Assembly (NCBI GenBank): GCA_977017645.1 | Contig: OZ360247.1 | Coordinates: forward strand, 19,096,001-19,160,000 | Direction: 5' to 3' | Source of the DNA: Torpedo marmorata | Lineage: Eukaryota | Length of the DNA: 64,000 nt | In this document: piece by piece, positions 38,930 through 51,335 of the stretch | How positions within the stretch are numbered: the first letter of the stretch is position 1 | Layout: every line of letters starts with the position of its first letter | Notes under the pieces: generated by a model | The model's input: the letters and a program-made list of their open reading frames with translations, nothing else | Databases searched by the model: none | Told to the model about the DNA's origin: nothing | Made by a program: the position numbers and the translations under genes

Positions 38930-40335
38930 GAGTGTGTGATGGAACGGTGTGGATGGAGTGTGTGATGGAACGGTGTGGAGGGAATGTGTGATGGAATGGT
39001 GTGGATGGAGTGTGTGATGGGACGGTGTGGAGGGAATGTGTGATGGGACGGTGTGGAGGGAGGGTGTGATGGGACGGTGTGGAGGGAGGGTGTGATGGGA
39101 CGGTGTGGAGGGAGTGTGTGATGGGACGGTGTGGAGGGAGGGTGTGATGGGACGGTGTGGATGGAGTGTGTGATGGGACGGTGTGGAGGGAGTGTGTGAT
39201 TGGACGGTGTGGAGGGAGTGTGTGATGGGACGGTGTGGAGGGAGTGTGTGAAGGGATGGTGTGGAGGGAATGTGTGATGGGACGGTGTGGAGGGAGGGTG
39301 TGATGGGACGGTGTGGATGGAGTGTGTGATGGGACGGTGTGGAGGGAGTGTGTGATGGGACGGTGTGGAGGGAGTGTGTGATGGGACGGTGTGGAGGGAG
39401 TGTGTGAAGGGATGGTGTGGAGGGAATGTGTGATGGGACGGTGTGGAGGGAGGGTGTGATGGGACGGTGTGGATGGAGTGTGTGATGGGACGGTGTGGAG
39501 GGAGTGTGTGATGGGACGGTGTGGAGGGAGTGTGTGATGGGACGGTGTGGAGGGAGTGTGTGAAGGGATGGTGTGGAGGGAATGTGTGATGGGACGGTGT
39601 GGATGGAGTGTGTGATGGGACGGTGTGGAGGGAGTGTGTGATGGGACGGTGTGGAGGGAGTGTGTGATGGGACGGTGTGGAGGGAGTGTGTGATGGGACG
39701 GTGTGGAGGGAGGGTGTGATGGGACGGAGTGGAGGGAGTGTGTGATGGGACAATGTGGAGGGAGTGTGTGATGGGACGGTGTGGAGGGTGTGTGTGATGG
39801 GACGGTGTGGAGGGAGTGTGTGATGGGACGGTGTGGAGGGAGTGTGTGAAGGGACGGTGTGGAGGGAGGGTGTGATGGGACGGAGTGGAGGGAGTGTGTG
39901 ATGGGACAATGTGGAGGGAGTGTGTGATGGGACGGTGTGGAGGGAGTGTGTGGTGGGATGGTGTGGAGGGAGTGTGTGCTGGGACGGTGAGGAGGGAGTG
40001 TGTGGTGGGACGGAGTGGAGGAAGTGTGTGATGGGATGGAGTGGAGGGAGTGTGTGATGGGACAATGTGGAGGGAGTGTGTGATGGGACGGTGTGGAGGG
40101 AGTGTGTGGTGGGACGGTGTGGAGGAAGTGTGTGATGGGACGGTGTGGAGGGAGGGTGTGATGGGACGGTGTGGAGGGAGTGTGTGATGGGACGGTGTAG
40201 AGGGAGTGTGTGATGGGACAATGTGGAGGGAGTGTGTGATGGGACGGTGTGGAGGGAGTGTGTGATGGGACGGTGTGGAGGGAGTGTGTGGTGGGATGGT
40301 GTGGAGTAAGTGTGTGATGGGACGGAGTGGAGGGA
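38930..40335. repeat. 26-bp minisatellite tgtgtgatgggacggtgtggagggag (about 54 copies)
   Basis: Seen directly; explains the long minus-strand His/Pro/Thr ORFs. Confidence 0.97.
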
Positions 40336-40454
40336 GCTTCACTCTGTGACTGACCCCGGGAGTGTGTGATGGGACTGTGCAGAGGGAGGTTTTTATGAAT
40401 ACAGAACTCACTATAATTGTTTGAATGAATATATTGCGGGAGTGAGGGCTGGAC

Positions 40455-40907
40455 ACGAAGAAGATGATTGGTGTAATGGGTTGGACATGAGGAAAATGAT
40501 TGGTGGAATGGGTTGGACACAAGGAGGATGATTGGTGGAATGGGTTGGATACAAGGAGGATGATTGGTGGAATGTGTTGGACATGAGGAAGATGATTGGT
40601 GGAATGGGTTGGACATGAGGAAGATGATTGGTGGAATGGTTGGACATGAGGAAGATGATTGGTGGAATGGGTTGGACATGAGGAAGTTGATTGGTGGAAT
40701 GGGTTGGACACAAGGAGGATGATTGGTGGAATCGGTTGGACACGAGGAAGATGATTGGTGGAATGGGTTGGACACAAGGAGGATGATTGGTGGAATGGGT
40801 TGGACACAAGGAGGATGATTGGTGGAATCGGTTGGACACGAGGAGGATGATTGGTGGAATGGGATGGACACGAGAAAGATGATTGGTGGAATGGGTTGGA
40901 CATGAGG
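40455..40907. repeat. 32-bp minisatellite gaggaagatgattggtggaatgggttggacat (about 14 copies)
   Basis: Seen directly. Confidence 0.95.
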
Positions 40908-41389
40908 ACAGTTAGGAGAAACCTACTCGTATACTTCCATCCATTGTGAGCAGGTGGTGTGGCCTCACTGCTGATTTCAAGATATCGCTGCAGTTTTTGG
41001 CCAGGGTTTAATTTTATTGACTGTTAAACAATGACAAATCCTCGAGGGAGGCATCCACTGTACTCATGAGGTATTTATAGCTGTCAGGTTTTCTTCCAGA
41101 ATGCCTCTCCCATCCCAGAGGATTAGGCAATTCCATCGCCCTGATGACTGGAGAAATGAATCATTGTTTTTATAGGAACAAACAGGAAATTCAGAGGAAG
41201 CAACCTTTATGTGTGTTGAGAGGAAGAGAGAGGGAGACAGAAGAGGAGAGGGGGGGAAGGGGGAGGGTTGGAATTACAGATCAGTTAGGAACTAATTGTC
41301 TGGCAGAACAGGTTTGAAGGGATGAATGGTCTCCCCCTCCCCCCTTGTATTCTGACATTCTGTCTCAGCTTCAGTCGAACAGAGAGGCC

Positions 41390-41642
41390 ATTCCATCCCG
41401 TGGGTCTTCCCCCATTCTGGCCCATGAGTCTCCCCCATTCCGTCCCTTGAGTCTCCCCCATTCCGTCCCGTGAGTCTTCCCCCACTCCGTCCCGTGAGTC
41501 TTCCCCCATTCAGTCCTGTGAGTCTTCCCCCATTCCGTCCCGTGAGTCTTCCCCCTTTCCTTCCTGTGAGTCTTTCCCCTTTCTGTTCTGTGATTCTTCC
41601 CCCATTCCATCCCATGAATCGTCCCCCACTCCATCCCGTGAG
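41390..41642. repeat. 24-bp minisatellite ttccgtcccgtgagtcttccccca
   Basis: Seen directly, about 10 copies. Confidence 0.9.
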
Positions 41643-42291
41643 CTAAGTTAATGAGTTTTTTAGAAAACCCTTGTGGTAGCATGCCAGCTGGAGTGATAAT
41701 TACCGCTGTGTGGAGCCCAGGGTTGGACAGCAGGCTAGAACTTGGAGTGGGTGGAGGTGATGATGCTGACGAGACCTCCAACCACTGATGCCAGTGACTC
41801 AGCCAGTGACAAGCAACAGGAAAATTCTAAACTGATTGTTCATGGCAACGCCTTTTGTAAACCTCAGGGCGGCAAAGGGTTGTTCGAACCTCCCTCCCTG
41901 CCTGGCCACAGCACTGGTCAACGATGGGACATTGAAGGGGCTGAGATCATGGACAGGCAGTGATGAGCTGAAGGCCCAGGTCCTTCCTGGATCACAGGCT
42001 GAGAGCTTGAATTGGTTCTGAGGTTATTCTGAGAATCCAGATCCAGCTTATCCCAAGAAGTTCATCTCTCGAGTCGATGCACAAAGGGGACTGGAGTACA
42101 AAGGGTGACCTGAAAAGATTGCAAGCTATCCAGAGGAGCTGAGGGGGTTGTTTGGTTTAAAATCCCTTCTACTGGTCAGAGAGCCTCGAACTAGAGCAAG
42201 ACCCGAGGGAAAGGTGAGGTGCTTCTGGAGTAATGTTAGAAACTGCAGCCACACATGGAGGATGCTGAACTCTCACTGCCAGGGCAGCGAT

Positions 42292-43382
42292 ATTCAGAAT
42301 CAGAATTTATTGTCATGAACATGTCACGAAATTCGTTGTTTTGCAGCAGCATTCCAGTGCAAACATTTATATAAAATACCTTACAAAATAAATAAAAATA
42401 GTGCAAGAAAAAGTCAAAGTAAGGCAGTGTCTTTGGTTTATTGATCATTCAGGAATCTGATGGCAGCGGGGAAGAAGCTGTCCTTGTGCCGCTGAGTGCT
42501 CATCTTTAGGCTCCTGTATCTTTTTCCCGATGGTAGCAGAGTGAAGAGGGCATGGCCTGTGTGGTGGGAGTCCTTGAGGATAGAGGCTGCTGTCCTAAGA
42601 CACCACCTTCTGCAGATGTCCTCGATGGAGTGAAGACTGATGCCCGTGATGTCACAGGCCGAGTTAACAACCTTCTGGAGTTTTTTTCTTGTCCTTAGAG
42701 TTGGCACCTCCGTACCAGACAGTGATGCAACCAGCCAGAATGCTCTCCACGGTACACCTGTAGAAGTTTTCGAGAGTCTTCGGTGACATACCAAATCTTC
42801 TCAAACACCTAACAAAGTATAGCCACTGGCGAGCCTTCTTCGTGATTGCATCGGCATGGAGGCTCCAGGACAGATCCTCGGAGATGTTGACACCCAGGAA
42901 TTTGAAGTTCTTGACCCTTTCCACTACTGACCCCTCGATGAGGACTGGTTCGTGTTCCCCGACTTCCTCCTGAAGTCCACAATCATCTCCTTGGTTTTGC
43001 TAACGTTGAGTGCAAGGTTGTTGATGTGACATCACTCAATTAGCTGATCTATCTCCCTCCTGTGCGCTTCCTTATCGCCTTCTGTGATTCTGCCGACAAC
43101 CGTGGTGTCATCAGCAAATTTGTAGATAGCATTGGAATTGTGCCTGGCCACGCAGTCATGGGTGCAGAGTGAGTAGAGCAGTGGGCTAAGCACGCATCCT
43201 TGAGGTGCGCCTGTGTTGATCGTTAGTGAGGAGGAGACGTTGCTTCCAATTTGTACTGACTGCGGTCTTCCGATGAGGAAGTCAAGGATCCAGTTGCGGG
43301 GGGTAGGGGGGGGTGTGCAGAGGCCCAGCGTTTGGAGCTTCCTGACCAGCACTGAGGGAATCATGGTGTTGAAGGCTGAGTC
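42292..43382 (-). mobile_element. Rex1/Babar LINE fragment with (ATTCTG)n tail
   Basis: [29 protein letters not shown]; frameshifted. Confidence 0.9.
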
Positions 43383-43667
43383 TACATTCAATCTAAGAGT
43401 TGTTCATTGGATGGACAGCAACATCTTGGGGCCATGTTGTGCCTCACCCACCATTATTGACCAATCAGATTACCCGCTCATGGCTCCATTTCTGACAGCT
43501 GGGTGCTCATTGATGGCTCTATAATGCAACAACCTCCCTGCTGTGAAGGAGCCACTTGAAGTGCAGGAGCTGAAGGCACCGTGGCTCCTTCCGCACTGTG
43601 ATCTGTCTGCCGCTCAGCTCTATTTAACCGTGGTGACCAATCAGTGAATGTTTCTTTTCTTGTCCAG

Positions 43668-44295
43668 GTCTCAGTTCACATCCTTTGAACACTGAACACC
43701 TGGGACATCACTGGGAGCGAGAGAGTGATGATGAAGGCCTCAAGCCACAGCCCTATCCTAGACAGAGGCCAGGGTGGGTGCCTGCTCCCCCGCATGGAGA
43801 CGATTGTCTTGAACGGCACGTCAGTGAATCACAGCCGAGTGACAGCGGTGTGCCCAGGCCGTGTGAAGGCTTCTGGGCTAGACCCCTACCAGCCGTCTGA
43901 GAGGTGGGTGTGCCGGGAGATCAGCTTGCCATCCACTCCCCGCCACCAGGTGCCTGGACACAGCAGCCAGAAGCCCCCTATCCACGACGGAGTCCGGCGA
44001 GGGGGTACCACTCAGGTAATAACCCACCATGCGCCTGCTGCCTCTCAGGACCAAGTCAAAGCCTTGGGGCAAGCGCTGGCCAACACTCGACCCTCACAAA
44101 CAAGCTGTGCGGAAAGCGAACCTTTGTCTCCGAGTCTGGATGCAACCATTGAGAACCTCAACAACCTGATTCTGGAACTGGATCCAAGCTTCCAGCCCAT
44201 CCACCCCGATGGGAAGAGAAGCCACCTATCGAGCCGCAGCAAGATGCAGCTGAACCCGGCCAGTAAGGACTCGCTCCTGGATGAACACGACCCAG
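43668..44295 (+). CDS. tns4: Tensin-4-like first coding exon (ATG at 43728; phase 1 donor)
   Basis: Acceptor tttcttttcttgtccag, in-frame TGA at 43686 upstream of the ATG, tensin motif LDATIENLNNLILELDPSFQ, donor CAG|gtagg. Confidence 0.82.
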
Positions 44296-45589
44296 GTAGG
44301 CCTCAAACCTCCCACTGCATGCTGGGAACTGCAGGGTGGCACGGGCTAGCCTTCATGGATGGGCCAGTCAGGGATGGGGGAAACCAAACTCAGAACAGTG
44401 TGACGAGGGATTCCCTGAGCCTTGTGGGGTCTGGTGTGAGCTCAGGAGAGAGAAGGAAAGAGTGGGACCAATTCCTCCGGCAAACTCCTGCCACACAATG
44501 ACCGCCCACTCTGTGGGACATTCACTGTCATTGTAATTCAAGTTCACCCAGAAAATAGAAAACCATGAGCTGCTGGAGGGACTCAGTGGGTCAAGCAACA
44601 TCCCTGGCTCGACGTTTAGGGTCGGGTCCCTTTATCGAGAGTGAAAAATAGAATTCGTTTTGGTTTGCCCCAGGGAATTCGTGGTGGATGGAACAAAGAA
44701 CATTACTGTTGACAGCAGAAGCCAGCTGGCCCTGCCACGTGCTCTCCCACTCGTCACCTCCGCACCATTTCCCAGCTCTCACCTCGTATCCCATGATTCC
44801 CTTCTTAGCAAAAGAAGCTGCTGGTTGGCGTCCGAGCCTCCACAGACCTCCGCTTTGAGACTTCTAAAGATTCACCTCAGACACTGCAGATTCTTCTCAG
44901 CTCAATCCTGAGTGGCCAGGCCCTTATCTGGTCTCTGTGAACACTGTTCCCAGGTTCCCCATTTGGGGGAAGTGTCTGATGTCCGGTGAGGATTTTGTAA
45001 GCTTCAACGAGATCTCTCTTTCTTCTAAATGGGAGGTGAAACAGGACTGGTACAAGCAATCTCCTCTCCCACAGTAATCACCTCACCCCTCACCCCCCCC
45101 CCCAACCTCCCACCGTCTGTTGAACCTTTGCTGCCCTTGGGACATTGTTTCATGGATAAGGAGACCAAACATGTCCACAGTATTCCAGGTGCAGTCCCTC
45201 CAAGTACGTGTGTGCCGTGGGAATCCCCTTACATCTGAATTCAAATCTCACACCATTTGCAGAGTCTTTTGCCAAGAGTAGGGAAATCGGTGACCAGAGG
45301 ACAGAGGTTTAAGGTGAGTGGGGGGGGGGAAGATTTAACAGGAACCAGAGGGTGGTGGCTGTATGGAACAAGTTGCCGGAGGAGATGATTGAGGCAAGTA
45401 CAATTGCAAACATTTGGACAGATACATGGATAGGATGGGTTTAGATGGATGTGGAGAACAGGCAGGTAGTGGAGCTGAGTCCAAGGCCAGATCAGACGTG
45501 ACCATACTGAGTGGCGGAGCAGGGTCGATGGGCCAGATGGCCTCCTCCTATTTCTTATGTTCTCCTTCTCTGCCTCCCCCCCCCCATCA

Positions 45590-46400
45590 GCTTCCATATT
45601 GAGCACATCATTCTTCACAACTGCTGACTCCAACGAGATTCCACCACCAGACACATTGCCTCCCCTGCATGTCATCATTTGAGAGGGATCACCATTCATG
45701 GTTCAAACGGCTGCTCTCCTGTCCCTGCTACCCACCACTTATCGTACAGAACATTCCCATGCAGCAGAGGGAGATACAACTCTTTTCCCACCATCTATCC
45801 CCAGAACCAGCCATTCAGTTACACCTCTTCCATCCAGGGTCCTGCATTTGGTTAGCTCCATGCGGCCTCCTGGATTTTTAAATTTTAAATTTAGACATAC
45901 AGCATGGTAACAGGCCTTTTTAGCCCACGAGCCCCTGCTGCCCAATCACACCCAATTAACCTACACCCCCGGTACGTTTTGGAGGGTGGGAGGAAACCGG
46001 AGCCCCCGGGGAAAACCCACGCAGACACGGGGAGAACGTACAAACTCCTTATAGATAGCGTGGGATTCGGACCCCGGTCCCGATCGCTGGCACTGTAACA
46101 ACATTGCGCTAACCGCTATGCTAACCGTGCTGCCCTGAACCCTCGCGTGTATGTAGACGTCATTGGAAGGCAAGACTTCTGGAGTACCCCAGACCGTTTT
46201 AGCCCTTATTCAAGGAACAATTTAATTACAACAGAGGGAGTACAGGTTAGTGATTGCTTTGCTTCACAGGCCGAAGGAGACCCTGATCTCTCCGTTGTCT
46301 GTTACTTTAATTCATCTTCTCATTCCCATTGGGACCTGTCTGAATGTGGCCTCCTGTAATCTCACAACGAGGCTCAACACAAGCTTGAGGAGGAACACCT
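45590..46400 (+). mobile_element. Old Penelope C-terminal fragments interrupted by a V-SINE (45890-46135, minus)
   Basis: caacgagattccaccaccagacac and aagcttgaggaggaacacct are Penelope-like. The SINE has a B box and V-domain. Confidence 0.6.
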
Positions 46401-46459
46401 TGCATGGGAGGGAAGGGAGGAGATTGCTGGGACTCTGGCTGAGATGTTTAAATCTTCAC

Positions 46460-48010
46460 TTGTGAGGTACCAGATGACGGAGGAAGGCCAACGTGGTCCC
46501 CTTCCCAAGAAAGGCGACAGGGAGAAACCTGCCAATTAGTGTGAGCCTCACGTCAGAAAGTGGGAAGTGATTGGAGAAATTCTGAGGGACAAGATTGATG
46601 ATCACTTGGAGGGCAGGGACTGATCAGAGAGCATGGTTCCATCAAGGGCACAACCTGTGCGACCAATCTGACCAAACCTTTCAATGAGGGCAATTCTGTA
46701 GATATGGTTTACTAGGACTTCAGCAAGGTTTGTGACAAGGCTAGTCCAAAAGGTTATGGCCCAAGGAATCCCGGATGACTTGGCAAATTGGATCCTTTGA
46801 AGTTGGCAATTGGAGTTAGAGGGTGACGGTAGAGGGTTGTTTTTGGGATTGGATGCCTGTGACTGGTGGTGGTCCACTGGAATTGGTGCTGGGACGGTAG
46901 AGGGTTGTTTGTAATATACGTGAATGACTTAGATGTGGATTTAGTTAAGTCTGCAGGTGACTTGAAGATTGGTGGAGTTGTTGATGGTGTGCAGGGTAAC
47001 CTCAGGCTACAGGATGTTATCGCTGTGTTGGTGAAATGGGCTGAGACATGGAGTTTAATCCTGAGAAATGTGAGGTGATGCATTTTGGGAGAAGTGATGA
47101 GGCTAGGACACCGTGATGTGATGGTCACTGGAGAGGGTGCAGAGGAGATTCACCGGAACGTTGCATGGGATGGAGTGTCATGGTTATGTTACACCTCAAA
47201 CCAGCAACAACAGAAGACGCAATTCAAAAGGGTTAAATTTTAACTTTATATCTGTTAATGACTATTAACAATATAATGTCTTAACACAATTAACCCCACT
47301 ATAAGTATGTATAGCAAATATACAGATATCATATATTTATAAACAGTGTGTATGTGAAAAACCCAGACCGTTACAGTCTGTGCCCAATATTCAAAAAGGA
47401 AAAATCCCCAAAACCCCAGGCCAGTCAGTCAAGTAAGTCAGTCCAAAAAAACACAGCCCACAAAATTCAATCTCAAAGTTCAATGTCCAAGTTCAGTTCT
47501 TTAACTGATAACAAAGGACTGCCATCCTGCTGCTCCAATCGCCGCTCCATCGTCTCTCTGTCTGCACAGCTCGACCTTGGCCAGTCAGCACTCAGCTGTA
47601 CCACAAGTCACACAGAGTTCTCAGCAGAATTACATCCTTTATAATGACAGTCCACAGTCCAAAAGGTCAGTCCATGGTCCATAACAGTTACGAGAGAGTG
47701 GTACGCTGTTTATTTTCTCTGGAGCGGAGGAGGTTAAGAGAGTTCACAACTGAGGTGAATAAAATTAGGAAGAGTATTGTCAGAGATAATTAAACCTTGA
47801 GGACACGGATTTAGTGTGTGGGGGAAGAGATTTGGAGGGGATCTGAAGTGACCTTTTCTCCCCCAGGGAAGGGTGTGTCCGTGGAACACCCTGCCGGAGA
47901 GAGTGGAGGGGCAGAGTCACTGACAGCGTCACAGTCACAGACAGAGTCCACTGACACTGGAGTGTCGATCAGTGAGGCAGAGAAGGTGGGGGCCTCGGGA
48001 CACGGGATAC
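46460..48010 (+). mobile_element. Highly decayed CR1 RT fragment
   Basis: LFVIYVNDLD..KSAGDLKIGGVVD..WAETW. Confidence 0.65.
47187..47686 (-). mobile_element. Solo LTR (500 bp), same terminal family as 4507-5455
   Basis: TGTTACA..caaaccagcaac..cagaagacgcaat at one end and catggtccataaca at the other. 4-bp TSD gtta. Confidence 0.88.
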
Positions 48011-48074
48011 TTATGGATGGGTGCCCACTGGTCAGCATGACGGTGGGTCGAACGGCCTGTTTCTGTGTATGAAC

Positions 48075-48315
48075 CGGCACGGTTAGCGTAGAGGTTAGTG
48101 CAACGCTGTTACAGCGCCAGCGACCCAGGTTCGAATCCAGTGCTGTCTGTAAGGAGTTTGTACATTCTCCCCGTGTCTGCATGGGTTTCCTCCAGGTGCT
48201 CTGGTTTCCTCCCACCCTTAAAAATGTATGGGAGGTTGTTGGTTATTTGGGCGGTATGTTTGTGGGCCAGAAGGGCCTCTTACCGTGCTGTACGTCTAAA
48301 TTTAAATTTAAATTT
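48075..48315 (+). mobile_element. V-SINE (HE1-like)
   Basis: Head ggcacggttagcgtag, B box ggttcgaatcc, V-domain and (aaattt)n tail. Confidence 0.82.
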
Positions 48316-48499
48316 GAACCTGTGGCGCATCTTCTGACTGGGCACCTGGCACATCAGGACTCACAACTGAGCTCTCAAACTTCAGATAACTCACTCTATG
48401 GCAGTGACATTTTTGCCCACCATCACTTTGGCTCCATTTCTGTTTTGTGTCTTTTGTCTATCCTGCTGGCAGCTTAATCTGATCTTTAACGTTATTTTA

Positions 48500-48905
48500 T
48501 AGGGTTCTTATAGAAATATATAAAATTATGAAAGGCATGGATAAGATAGAGGGAGGGAAGTTGTTTCCGTTGGTGGGGGAGACCAGAACTAGAGGACATA
48601 GCCTCAAGATCCAGGGTAGTAGATTTAGGACGGAGATGAGGAGGAACTGCTTTTCCCAGAGGGTGATGAATCTATGGAATTCACTGCCCATTGAAGCAGC
48701 AGAGGCGACCTCAGTAAATATACAGTATTTAAAACAAGGTTGGATAGATTTTTACATAGTAGGGGAATTAAGGGATATGGGGAAAAGGCAGGTAGGTGGT
48801 GATGAGCCTATCATCAGATCAGCCATGATCTCATTGAATGGCGGAGCAGGCTCGACGGGCTGACTGGCCTACTCCAGCTCCTATTTCTTATGTTCTTATG
48901 TTCTT
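48500..48905 (+). mobile_element. CR1 3' end
   Basis: TRTRGHSLKIQGSRFRTEMRRNCFSQRVMNLWNSLP and (ttcttatg)n tail. Confidence 0.85.
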
Positions 48906-49579
48906 AACTGCCACCAGATCATCTGGTCTCACCCTATCAGAGATATTCCCTTTATGATATGATATGATGACAGTTCATTGTCAAAAACACAAGTATAATG
49001 TACAGATGCACCGAAATTTCTACTTGCTGCAGCCACACAGGTAGGTAAGATACACCAACTACAATAGAATAAATTAACTGACCATCCGCTTGCCCTCAGC
49101 CCGTGTCTCCAAGCTGTCCCTGACCCCAGTGCCCCCCACTCAGACCCTAGGCCCGACCCACCAACTGAGAACCCTCAGAACCCCACCTTCGTCATCGTTC
49201 ATTGGATCAAACCGACTTCAGTTGTTCTTCGGCCTACAACGACTCACACCCTATCGAACAGTTGCTTTGTTCTTTCTCCTGTCGATCACAGGTATTCTGT
49301 TCCACGATGAATGGGATTCAAGAACTTGGCACAGCGGCAGCACCTCGATGGGCAGCAAGTGTGAGATGGATTCGCCTGGACTTGGGCTTCAAACCACAGC
49401 CACCTCCAGCACCATTCCCTTCTACTGGACGGTGGGTCCCTGGGGTTTGCTTTGGACGTGTTCCGCCTCTCCCACTGAGGGCATGCACTGGTGGAGACGT
49501 TGACAGGTGTCCTGCCCTGGCCTCACACAACGTCCAGCTTGCTCAGACCATGCTGGTTGTGAAGCCACATGCCCTACGG

Positions 49580-50206
49580 CAGAGGTGGCCAAACTTTTTT
49601 GGTTGTGGGTCACATACAGAAAAATATCAGAATCAGAATTTATTGTCATGAACAAGTCATGAAATTTGGTGTTTGGCTCGTAACTCGATATGAGCCAAAC
49701 AATATTAAGCCCAGCAGTTTTCAACCAGTTACACTGCAAGAAAAAGGGTGTTTTTAGACCAGAAAACCCCCTTGCTATTGAAAATTCATTTTCTATCAAA
49801 ATAACTATACGACACTACTGAATAGTTTAACTGTTGACATTACAGTAGTTTATTGATGTGCTCACATATTACAGTAGGTATTTCTGTATCTGCTGCTCTT
49901 AAATTTAAATTAGTCTAGTACAGTGGTTCTCAACCTTTTTTTTCCACTCACATACCATCTTAAGTAATCCCCTTACTAACTGGCATCCTATGCCATAGGT
50001 ACTCTGTGGTTAATAAGGGATTACTTAAGGTGGTATGTGAGTGGAAAGAAAAAGGTTGAGAACCACTGGTCTAGTAGTTGTTCAAAATGGCAGCGGCATC
50101 TAGTGTTAAAACTAAGAAGTGCAATGTACATCCAGTGCAATTTATTGTTAGAGATTATGTTCTAACGGGCCGCAGTTGGCACGTGGGCTGTAGTTTGGCC
50201 ACCCTG
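49580..50206. mobile_element. Non-autonomous hAT DNA transposon with nested inserts
   Basis: TIRs cagaggtggccaaact / agtttggccaccctg and 8-bp TSD ccctacgg / ccctacag. Contains a Rex1 tail (about 49627-49675) and a MITE. Confidence 0.8.
49921..50068. mobile_element. hAT-Charlie-type palindromic MITE (148 bp)
   Basis: TIR cagtggttctcaacctt with arms of about 60 bp. Perfect 8-bp TSD gtctagta at 49913-49920 and 50069-50076. Confidence 0.92.
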
Positions 50207-51109
50207 CCCTACAGAGACGGGACCCCTCCATTCACCACCAGCTGGCCTCTGGCCTTCAGTAACGATTGTTTTCTCTCTGCAGCCTGAGACCACAGGGATC
50301 AATCTGTTCGGCGCTGGTCAGACAGAGTGTCCTTCCCTCCTACACAGCTCCAACACCTCGACTGCCTTCTCTCCGCAATTCAGGGCCCCGTCTCCTGGTA
50401 AGTAAGTCTGTATCCCGTCCTGTATAAAATGTATGTCAGAGGTGGAAAATCCCAAATCCTGAAGCGCACAAGAACGAATCCCAGTGACCAGGACACTGAC
50501 CTTAAGCGAGGACCCATGGATGGCCAGGCCCAGTACCAGGCCGACAAGGATATCCCTCGACTGACCCTCCCTCTTCCATACCGGTTGCCCAAAGATCAGG
50601 AGTGTGGGGCTGAAATGCAGCCAGAACTCGATAAGCAACCCCCTTCAAGCTCACGAGCAGGACTACACAGTCGCACACACCATATCTATGTGAAACATGG
50701 TCTTAACCAATCCTCCAAAGCCTCCCGAACTCCTCGAAGGTGAGGCCGAGGCTCCCAGGCCTTCGAGATGCCATTGAAAAGTCATCAACAACCGACCACC
50801 GAGCTAATCAGTGATGAACCGACGGTGGAGTCACCGATGTTAAACTTTTAACGAGCAAATTAGACAAAAGATAGTCACTCCGTGGTGGAGTAAATCCACC
50901 CTGGAAAACTGCCAGCTAATTGCTCAAACTGCGTAGTTGGAGACAGCAGAGCTTTACTCACAAGCAGCAGACTTCTTCTGAACAAGAAGTTAGCCTGAGT
51001 ACTCCCACACCACACACACATTTCCATTCAAATCCAATTTCTGCTGTTTAAATCATTTATCTTTCTCCGTCTTCATGGTGGTGCAGACCGTAACTTCTGC
51101 ACCGCTGCT

Positions 51110-51335
51110 CCCACAGTGTGACCCTCCCTCAGTACTGCCCCTCCCACAGTGGGACCCTCCCTCAGTACTGCCCCTCCCACAGTGGGATCCTCCCTCAGTA
51201 CTGCCCCACCCACAGTGTGACCCTCCCTCAGTACTGTCCCACCCACAGAGCGGCACTCCCTCAGTACTGCCCATCCCACAGTGTGACCCTCCCTGAGTAC
51301 TGACCCACCTACAGTGGGACCCTCCCTCAGTACCA
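51110..51335 (-). repeat. 33-bp minisatellite (about 7 copies), reverse complement of the 57560 array
   Basis: cccacagtgggaccctccctcagtactgcccc. Confidence 0.93.

Noticed and set aside
38822-40903. 450-690 aa His/Pro/Thr-rich ORFs
   Set aside because: Open in all three minus frames because the 26-bp and 32-bp units lack stops; no gene structure.
44296-44501. ORF continuation past the TNS4 donor (likewise 61118-61386)
   Set aside because: Intronic read-through; consensus donors and phase matching define the exon ends.
48075-48150. tRNA gene (also near 21560 and 46060)
   Set aside because: These are tRNA-derived SINE heads followed by a V-domain and tail.
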